Positions 57,601 through 64,000 of a stretch of DNA of 64,000 nucleotides are shown here, one piece after another (positions within the stretch are counted from its first letter, which is position 1; the number at the start of each line of letters is the position of its first letter). Both the position numbers and the translations under genes were made by a program. Source of the DNA: an uncultured delta proteobacterium. Lineage in GTDB: Bacteria > Myxococcota > Kuafuiibacteriia > Kuafuiibacteriales > Kuafuiibacteriaceae. The stretch lies in contig CAWDML010000001.1 in assembly GCA_963803435.1 (NCBI GenBank), positions 416,001-480,000 on the forward strand, given 5' to 3'. The notes beneath the pieces are model-generated. The model saw nothing but the letters and a program-made list of their open reading frames with translations. It made no database searches and was not told the DNA's origin.

Positions 57601-58002
57601 GGGATCTACGGACCGCTGGTGCGGCAGGCGGGCGATCACATCGTCTTCGCAGCCGGGACCTACGGCGAGAACCAGAGCAGCGCCTGGAAGGGCTGGTATC
57701 AGGTGAACGACCGCGGCCAGGTGGTGAACGAGGGCTGGATCTCAGGGATGCCGGACACCGCCTGGGGCGGCCTCGGCGACCTCGACTGGCACAAGCAGTC
57801 CAGCTTCGTCTCCGAGCTGCCGTGGGAGATGCGCGTGAAGCTGTTCGTCAACGGGCGCAAGGAGCTCCGCGACAACACGCCCGAGGGCCAAGCGCTGGCG
57901 CAGCGCCTGAATCTGCCTTCGAACTGGCGCGACTACATCACACCGGCTGATCAGATCCCGGCCCCGGTGACCGCGCAGCCGCTGGCCCAGGGCTCGAACT
58001 AG
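54700..58002 (+). CDS. Large secreted protein with GP42/transglutaminase-elicitor-like motifs and two inserted LysM-like modules
   Basis: Hydrophobic segment ending PALA after a ~60-aa leader; FWGYCD (W at 56419), WAGHR, DASTGASVSN, YQVNDRGQVVNEGW...PDTAW; LysM-like YKMQANDTLDRI...GVSYAAFKEAN...VKIP and GISEADFKAANP...FKVP (57016-57300). Confidence 0.55.
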   Translation: MVTARLGTDFGRSFVRSTGHESRTGASELRLETPAPPLRGGEIRSKRPGGLAAFLGLGRGGRSLASLGAIAAASIGFTLAQAPTPALADYVRPNADNVYELVRADATAPVLPAAAAGENADQVRALDTSHELSEQELMTYPLFAKLWNEITNVGEFEIAPSHLAKIMDYASSHNLHGDPLPQIPVISGPEGARMISEGNRALIKHLLQHPYYGAFIEQEARPLLEGAFGLPIESAATQAGDHPIDVGNFDRSQVPEWHGSNYQGNAVATLNRDLTSEFSLNHGWYEEGSNEQSAGRLTALLLHFGRAIHMYDQLDVTATSIDKVSAAFHQLPIFQGNGEKAQFLRDYFARDFNGSGMGLAESILRGFDPDQLPVSFPDATTKVESTTSLSMSSTSFTKPLSVIDEYRVAIGLNAAAVERFTQPVHNTVIGGVKGNYKTTLNELKPFASEVNFGVVLEFGDRDHGFSRDPQAAQLKPKPGFDFPIDAVTATGVSVNGRGATLRVYQQRPDGHAGERLSVEKVIHEEDGQPKYWTAVFRDSAGNEVAPDKVIGLLEVNGRPLGDGLANQTLDSGFWGYCDLNTGQTITGAIHQIPALDVDGSVYIQAGDRVLEVPKDLAQQIVNMGVADSAPRTKWAGHRHDRDASEVRWTRGNLIITDFGQMQGFDSDPRVYPRSMIEWLPGDHLQINFDKHSDHPPGVLRLQTASGPETIDASKVVRLIQAQNGEVTVVYNSSWTKTGKLLTPLSLDWAHAPLVAGSSDSEGGLTITAHSEAYKMQANDTLDRIYRQRVQATGVSYAAFKEANADLYAHAQSLALDTPVKIPVLMSDLYRDNAAPLGISEADFKAANPELYARTQAVAYDGETFKVPQRVIQNDPAHPFVGELVLKTVRGTEEIIPADHLLSVNGESEQDIRFTYFMKFVIDSRGVYATDASTGASVSNGARYVNDINLVVERGAERPDWAKDQVLAGIYGPLVRQAGDHIVFAAGTYGENQSSAWKGWYQVNDRGQVVNEGWISGMPDTAWGGLGDLDWHKQSSFVSELPWEMRVKLFVNGRKELRDNTPEGQALAQRLNLPSNWRDYITPADQIPAPVTAQPLAQGSN

Positions 58003-58032
58003 GAGCGTGTAGCGCGTAAGCGCTCACGCGAC

Positions 58033-58068
58033 CCCGGTCCGGGTCCCGGTCCCGGTCCGGGTCCCGAT
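58033..58068 (-). repeat. Subterminal GGGACC-type hexamer array (left end)
   Basis: cccggtccgggtcccggtcccggtccgggtcccgat; inverted counterpart at the right end. Confidence 0.85.
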
Positions 58069-58088
58069 CTGAAGATGGCTGCCTTGAG

Positions 58089-59225
58089 TCAGACGCTCGC
58101 GACGGTCGCGAGCTTCGATCGGTAGAGCTTGAGCAGGTTGTGGGTGAGGCAGACGAGCGTCCCCTCGGCTCGTACCTTGAAGAAGGAGCGTAGCGAGAAC
58201 CGGCGGAATCCTCGTGCGCCTTTGATCTGTCCGAGCCCGGTTCGACGATACTCTTCCTGCGGGCGTAGACCGCCTTGCCGTCGCGCGTTTGCAACTTGTC
58301 TCGCATTCGCTCGCGAGCGAGCGAGGCAGGTGTGGGCTCCGAAGCTGATGAGGACGGAGTCGACGCGTCTTGGTTCTGTTCGCGTCCAACAGCGATGTGG
58401 GCATCGATCTGATTGTTGTCGCAGAATTCGACGTTGGTCGCGCTCAGATAGCCGTTGTCTGCCGTCATCTTCCGCGGAGCATCGTCGCAGTTGCCGAACA
58501 CATCACGGAGCATCGGGACGAGGTGTTGCTGATCAGGTGCCTGGTTGCTGACCCCTTCGGCGACAATCACCTGAGCGTGCTCATCTACGACAACTTGGGC
58601 ATTGTAGGCCTGGAGGTACGCTCCCTCCTTCTCCCTCCTTCAACATGATCCTGCTGTCTGAGTCGGTGAAGTTCCTCTGAGCGTTGGGCCTCGGTGTGCC
58701 GTCCACATTTGCAGGAACGCGATGATGCGGCCATCCATCATTTCGTTCAGTTGGGTCTGGGGATGGGGATGGTTCGAGCTGGTCAGCCTGCGCTCTTGCC
58801 TTCTCGGCTCGAGTTCTCGCTCGCTTCTGCTCCACCCGATCCACAAGAGCATCATCCGCTTTGCTCTGCTGCTCTTCGGCTTGCCTGCGCAATTTCTCCG
58901 CGCGAGCCCTGGCGGCATCCTGTTCCAGCGCAGCCTTCGCTTCTCGAATGCGGGCAAGGCGGGATTCACGGCACGGCGAGCGAGCTCCGCTGGGATGTCC
59001 TCTTCAGTCTCTTCAACGCCCAGCCGCTCGTCTTCCTCTTGGTCGATCGTGCGCGCTCGCTCCAGCAGTTCTTCGATCTCGAGAGACAGCCGCTTCTCCT
59101 CCTCGGCCATCCGCTCGTAGGTCATCGCCTTGTGCTTGCTCGCGTTCGCCTGCACCTTGGAGCCATCGAGTGCGACGTGTCCGAGCCGCACCAAACCTGC
59201 TTTCTGGCAAAGCTTCAGGACTTCA
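58089..59225 (-). pseudogene. IS1182-family DDE transposase remnant (5'-truncated, several frameshifts)
   Basis: Fragments in different frames: GHVALDGSKVQANASKHKAM, NFTDSDSRIM, YNAQVVVD, TADNGYLS, YARRKSIVEP, QIKGARGFRRFSLR and THNLLKLYR; the N-terminal region is missing. Confidence 0.88.
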
Positions 59226-59329
59226 AGTCCAGGCGTCGAAGTCGATCCGCCCAACGATCGATTCCAGACGAAACGACCTCCAAGAACTTCTGCTGGTCAA
59301 AGTGGACGCGCTACCGCAAGCTAGCTTGC

Positions 59330-59698
59330 ATGGTCACTCTCGATCACGAGAAGCTCGAGGTCTACCAGCTCGCCGTCGAGTATGCCGACATCGCTGAAGA
59401 GATCGCACAAGAACTGCAACCCGGTCACGCTCACGTCCGCGGTCAGCTTCGGCGGGCATCCGATTCCATCGTGAACAACACCGCCGAGGGCGCCGGAGAG
59501 TTCAATCCACCTGAGAAGGCTCGCTTCTACCGGATGGCACTTCGCTCTGGCACCGAAAGCGCCGCCTCACTCCACACCTGCTTGAGGCGCCGACTCGCCA
59601 ACGAGCAGAAGGTCCAAGCCGCCAGAGCCAAGCTCAAGCGCGTTGTCGAGAGGCTCACGCGCCTCATCAAGTCGATGAACGCACGCCGGGCTGCATGA
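59330..59698 (+). CDS. Four-helix-bundle protein (23S rRNA-IVP / bAvd-like family)
   Basis: HEKLEVYQLA...QLRRASDSIVNNTAEGAG...KARFYRMALRSGTE...LTRLI. Confidence 0.88.
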   Translation: MVTLDHEKLEVYQLAVEYADIAEEIAQELQPGHAHVRGQLRRASDSIVNNTAEGAGEFNPPEKARFYRMALRSGTESAASLHTCLRRRLANEQKVQAARAKLKRVVERLTRLIKSMNARRAA

Positions 59699-59703
59699 TC
59701 GCC

Positions 59704-59738
59704 ATCGGGACCGGGACCGGGACCGGGACCCGGACCGG
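59704..59738 (+). repeat. Subterminal GGGACC hexamer array (right end)
   Basis: atcgggaccgggaccgggaccgggacccggaccgg directly after the four-helix-bundle stop. Confidence 0.85.
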
Positions 59739-59857
59739 CTCGCGGTAGCGCTACGCGCTACACGCTCCTAGCGTTCCCGATCTGGGAAGGTCCGTGCGGG
59801 CACCGGTGAGGAAGCCGTTTCCTCACCGCGGGCACGGAAGTTGATGACTCGCCGCAG

Positions 59858-61399
59858 GTGGCGCGTCTGCTGTGGATCCCTGTGCTCCTCCTTGCCTGCG
59901 GCCGAGGCCCGCGGAGCGCCGCTCGCGCGCTCCCTCCGCTGGCGAAGGCGACGCTCACCACCGAGCAGACGCTCGCGCCGGCCCACGCCTTCTGGAACCC
60001 ACCCGACCCGCGCAACCCGGAGGTTCCGAGCGACCTCCGAGCGATGCTGGCCGACGGGTTGGGCGATTACACGATCGCGACCGGCGAGACACCGATCGTT
60101 CGCACACCGCCGGGCGAGGAAGCCCCGCCCGCACCCGGCCCGAACGCGAGACGGCTGGTGCGCTTCGTCCACCTCACCGACATCCAGCTCGCCGACGACG
60201 AGTCGCCGACGCGCGTCGCCTCGCTCGACGGTCCGGGCGCGCTCGACGGCGCGTTCCGCCCGCAAGAGGCCGATCTCTGCCGCATACTCAACGCGGCCGT
60301 ACGCACCGTGAACGCCGTCCACGCCGCCGATCCGATCGACTTCGTCCTGACCGGCGGGGACACCACCGACAGCGCTCAGACGAACGAGCTCGAGTGGGCG
60401 ATGGGTATCCTCGACGGCGGCGCGCCGATCGAGTGTGACTCCGGAGAGGACGACGATCCGATCCCCGGCCTCGACAACGACGGTAAGGATCCCTTCCTGC
60501 CGGTGGGCCTCGACGTGCCCTGGTTCTGGATCACTGGCAATCATGACGTCTGCGCGCAAGGTAACTTCGTCATCGACGAACCGGTGATCGAGCGCGCCAT
60601 CGGCGGTCGCGCCGAGACCGGCACGCGCGACTGGAGGCTCCCCGGCGGCCCGGTCGTGACCGGCGAGGTGCCCGCCGATCCGCGCCGGCGGCCGCTCCGC
60701 CGCGCGGAGCTGATGGCTGGGATCGCCGCCGACGGGGACGGCCACGGCGTCGGCCCGGAGCAGCTCGCGCGCGGAAGGGCCTTCTACACCTTCGACATCC
60801 CCGACACCCCGCTCCGCTTCTTCATCCTCGACACCGCGGCAGAGAGCGGCGGCTCCGAGGGGATCATCCACCGCATCGACCTCGAGCAGGTGATCGAACC
60901 CGTCTTGGCCCGCGCCGCCATGGAGCACAAGTGGCTGGTCCTCGCCTCACACCATGCCCTCGGCAGCGTGGGCGACGGCGGCGACTTCGCGGGCCACGCG
61001 CAAGAGGATGCCGTCCCCGCCGACGAGCTCCGGTCCCTCTTCTCCGCGACGCCAAACGTCGTCGCCGCCGTCGTCGGTCACTCGCACGTCCACCGCGTCG
61101 ACTTCGTGCGCACCTCGACCTCAGGCGCCCAAGGCTGGTGGGAGCTCTTCACGAGCGCGCTCTCCGATCATCCGAGCCAGTTGCGCGTGATCGAGATCTG
61201 GGACCAAGACGACGGCTATCTGATGCTGCGCGCGATCGACTTCGACTTCGCCACCGACGGCGACGCGATCGCGGAGGATGGGCGGCGATTGGGCGTGCTC
61301 GATCGCGTCTCGGGATGGTGGGGCAAGGGCACCGGCCAGCCGGAGGACCGCAACGTCGAGCTCTGGGTGAGGAAACCGCCGGCCCGGGGCTCGGACTGA
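59858..61399 (+). CDS. Calcineurin-like metallophosphoesterase lipoprotein
   Basis: Lipobox LLLAC; HLTDIQLADDESP, TGGDTTD, GNHD, LASHH and VGHSH. Confidence 0.85.
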   Translation: MARLLWIPVLLLACGRGPRSAARALPPLAKATLTTEQTLAPAHAFWNPPDPRNPEVPSDLRAMLADGLGDYTIATGETPIVRTPPGEEAPPAPGPNARRLVRFVHLTDIQLADDESPTRVASLDGPGALDGAFRPQEADLCRILNAAVRTVNAVHAADPIDFVLTGGDTTDSAQTNELEWAMGILDGGAPIECDSGEDDDPIPGLDNDGKDPFLPVGLDVPWFWITGNHDVCAQGNFVIDEPVIERAIGGRAETGTRDWRLPGGPVVTGEVPADPRRRPLRRAELMAGIAADGDGHGVGPEQLARGRAFYTFDIPDTPLRFFILDTAAESGGSEGIIHRIDLEQVIEPVLARAAMEHKWLVLASHHALGSVGDGGDFAGHAQEDAVPADELRSLFSATPNVVAAVVGHSHVHRVDFVRTSTSGAQGWWELFTSALSDHPSQLRVIEIWDQDDGYLMLRAIDFDFATDGDAIAEDGRRLGVLDRVSGWWGKGTGQPEDRNVELWVRKPPARGSD

Positions 61400-61484
61400 G
61401 CCCAGCTCCGCCCGAAAGGAGATCTCGCCGCGATCGGAACGCGAACCCTCGCCGAAACGAGGTCCCGTTGCCGACCGTTCTTCG

Positions 61485-63571
61485 CTAGCGCTCCCGGATA
61501 TGGATGTCCGCGTTGGCGGTGCGGACGCGGACCAGGCTCTTGCCGTCGCCGACCTTTCCCACGGCGCGCAACACCTGGCGGCCGCCCCGATCGAAGATGG
61601 TCTGCTCGAGGTGCCATCCGCTCTGGATGGTGGGCGGGTCGCTCCCGTTCGGGAACTCCGTCTCGAGATCGAAGGTGGCATTGAAGCTGTCCGGGAGCTC
61701 CAGGTTCACGTCCCCGGTGCCCGAGCGAAGATCGATCACCTGCGGCTGCCCTTCGGCTTCGACCACCACCGCGCGCACGTCGCCTCCGCCAGTGCTCGCC
61801 TTCAGCGATCCGGCCACCGGACCGAATCTGGATGTCGCCGCCGCCCGTGCTGGCCACGACGGATCCGCCCGAGGGTCCGACGTGGATGTCGCCGCCGCCG
61901 GTCGACAGGACGGCGCCCTTGTCGGCGCGGTCGAGCTCGAGGTCGCCGCCGCCGCTCTCGATGTGGAGGATGCCGTCCTTCTCGAAGGTGACCGGTCCGC
62001 CGCCGGAGTAGCCCCGGAGCTTCCCCGCGATCCGCGTCAGCTCGACGCTGCCGCCGCCGGTGCGGACCGTACCGTCGAGGCTCGAGTCGGAGACGTGGAC
62101 GTCACCGCCGCCCGTGGTCAGCTTGGCGCTCCCGCGGGTCCGCTCCATCACGATCGACCCGCCACCGGTACCGCCGGAGAAGATGCCCTCGACGTCGTGG
62201 ATGTGAACGTCGCCGCCCGACGAATGAAGGGAGAGATCGAACCGACGCGGGACGAGGATCCGAAACCCGCCGCCGTAGTCCCGCGTCGAGAGGATCACCT
62301 CGTCACCCCTCCTCTTCAGCTCGATCGTCGACCGATCCTCGTCGTCGCTCAGCTCCACCGAGACCCTGTCCTGGTCCCAGCCGGAAGATCTCGAGATCGC
62401 CGCCGTTCCGCAGGTTCGCGCGAAGCCGGCCGCCCGGGGTGGCGTCGATCGCTCGAACGCGCCCGTCCGTGTTCACCACGACCACGCTCTTGGGCACCAC
62501 CGCCTCCCTCACCGCCGGTGACGGCGCAGCGAGGAGCCTCGGCGCCGACTCGACCTCGGTGGTCAGTCCGGCGATCGGGAGCACAAGGAGTGCCAGCACC
62601 ATCACCGCGAGCGCCCGTCCGGCGAGCGGGAGAGAGCCGCGCGAGCGGGCGTCGTCGAGCACCGCACGCAGCCGTTCTTCGAGATGAGCGGTGTGCGCCA
62701 TGCTGAGCGCCATCGCTCCGATGAGCCGCTGGCTGCGAGCGCCGCGTGCGACCTCGAGCAGGTGCTCGGCATAGTCGGGAGGCGGAGTGCCGTCCACCAG
62801 CACGAGATCGTCCGCGGCGTGCTCGCTCTCGCTGCGGAGCCGTCGCGCGGCGAACCAGACCAGCGGATGGAACCAGTAGACCGCGCAACCCGCTTGCGCG
62901 ACGAGCTGCATCAGGTAGTCCCGGCGGACCACGTGCGCGAGCTCGTGCGTGAGCACGACCCGGAGGCGCTCCTCGTTCCAGGTACACGCCTCCACCGGGA
63001 GGAGCACCGCCGGCTCGAGCCAGCCCCACGTGATCGGCGAACGGACGTCCTCACTCAGCCCGAGGTGGAGCCGCGCGACGTTGGTCCGATGGAGGAGCTG
63101 CGTCACCAGGCGCTCCACCTCCGGCGTCTCGAACGGCTTGGCGCGTTCCGCCAGCCGGCGGATGCCGAGATGTCCGAGCAGGCCGCGGAACAGCAGCAAG
63201 ACGGCGCCGATCAGCCAGAGCACGCCGAGAGCCTCGGGGAGCCGCGTCCCGTCGAACACGTACCGGTGGCGATGCTCGGTCACCACCACCGGTGCGGGTG
63301 CGGCGCGGCCGTCCTCCTCGTGGAAGATGCGCACGGGATAGTCGGCCGCTCTGCGGCGTAACCCACGGGACTTGGCCTTCGCAACCAGGCTCTTCTCCAC
63401 GTGCACCGGCACGCGCGGCGCGAAGCGCGTGACGAGCGGGAGCGCGAGAACGCCCGCCAGGGTCAGGGCCCAGACGAAGTGCCGCAGCGCCGCCGAGGCG
63501 CTGCGCAGGCTGAGCGCGATCGCGGCCCCACCCACGAGCAGAAGAGTCACCTTGGCGATCAGTCCGATCAT
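61485..63571 (-). CDS. BlaR1/MecR1-like M56 metallopeptidase sensor with C-terminal DUF4097-type beta-strand repeats; two apparent +1 frameshifts (~62385, ~61820)
   Basis: SAALRHFVW, SPITWG...PAVLLP, HELAHVVRRD, YWFHPLVW, EHAADDLV and YAEHLL; TGGGDV/I repeats continue across ORFs 61216..62358 and 61485..61817. Confidence 0.85.
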
Positions 63572-63969
63572 CGACGTTTCCCTCCCCGGCGCTTCTGCCG
63601 CGCCTCCTCGATCAGCTTCGCGAGGCGCGAGAGCTCCTCGTCCGACGGCGGCTCCTCACTGACCCCGAGCATGGCGGCGACCGCCGACTCCATGGAGTCG
63701 TCGAAGAACGTCTCCAGGAGGTGTCGAACCGCGCTCCGCCGGACCTGCGCCAGGTTCTGCGTGGGCGTATAGACGTGGCGCGGTCCGTCCCACTCGTGCA
63801 CGAGGAACCCCTTCTCCTCGAGGTATCTGAGCATGCCGCGAACGGCGGAGTAGCTCGGCGGATCAGGCAGGTCGTCGAGGACCTCCTGCGCGGTGGCGCG
63901 TCCCCGACGAAAGACGACGTCCATGATCTGGCGCTCGCGGCGCCCCAGCTCGGAGAGAGACTTCGTCAT
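63568..63969 (-). CDS. BlaI/MecI/CopY-family transcriptional repressor
   Basis: LGRRERQIMDVVF, SYSAVRGMLRYLEEKG, LLETFFDDS and EELSRLAKLI; ATGA overlap with the M56 gene. Confidence 0.92.
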   Translation of the reverse strand: MTKSLSELGRRERQIMDVVFRRGRATAQEVLDDLPDPPSYSAVRGMLRYLEEKGFLVHEWDGPRHVYTPTQNLAQVRRSAVRHLLETFFDDSMESAVAAMLGVSEEPPSDEELSRLAKLIEEARQKRRGGKRR

Positions 63970-63973
63970 GCGA

Positions 63974-63999
63974 CACCGTGCTGATCCGTTGGCGCGGTG
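63974..63999. promoter_or_regulatory. Imperfect palindrome, candidate BlaI-family operator
   Basis: CACCG-TGCTGA-TCCG-TTGGCG-CGGTG directly upstream of the repressor start; outer arms perfect, inner arms imperfect. Confidence 0.3.
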
Positions 64000-64000
64000 C

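Larger units (their letters stand above)
58003..59767 (-). mobile_element. Degenerate IS1182-family element with passenger gene
   Basis: Perfect 16-bp terminal inverted repeats GAGCGTGTAGCGCGTA (58003-58018 and 59752-59767) flanked on both sides by CTAG (57999-58002, 59768-59771); interior visibly less GC-rich than the flanks. Confidence 0.88.

Noticed and set aside
59255-59295. Plus-strand peptide SIPDETTSKNF resembling an IS5 transposase motif
   Set aside because: Too short, opposite in strand to the transposase and without further similarity; may be chance.
59330-59698. Diversity-generating retroelement (Avd-like gene)
   Set aside because: No reverse transcriptase and no template/variable repeat pair was seen in the window.

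Overview
GC-rich bacterial chromosome window, most consistent with a Myxococcota-like organism (MYXO-CTERM-type tail, Ser/Thr kinase operon, many lipoproteins). Left to right: RND efflux pump with outer-membrane factor and a CusRS-type two-component pair; a lipoprotein with an atypical kinase fold; a coupled five-gene surface-protein/Ser-Thr kinase operon; hflX; a two-domain putative peptidoglycan hydrolase under a sigma54-like promoter; a PAS hybrid kinase; an SF1 helicase-nuclease; rpiA; a 4130-aa adhesin with 33 Calx-beta repeats; a beta-helix lipoprotein; a second PAS kinase, a VOC protein and a GGEEF cyclase. The most unusual part is 46.4-58.0 kb. A divergent SecA-like ATPase and an oppositely transcribed circularly permuted ATP-grasp ligase share a homologous ~270-aa C-terminal domain (HExxH intact in the first, lost in the second). 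The ligase ends in a Q13 tail and is followed by a secreted GP42-transglutaminase-like/LysM protein. A degenerate IS1182-family element carrying a four-helix-bundle passenger gene sits at the stop codon of that gene. The window ends with a metallophosphoesterase and a BlaR1/BlaI pair. At least six non-IS frame breaks suggest single-base assembly errors. No rRNA, tRNA or CRISPR array was seen. All family calls come from motif recognition by eye, not from database searches.
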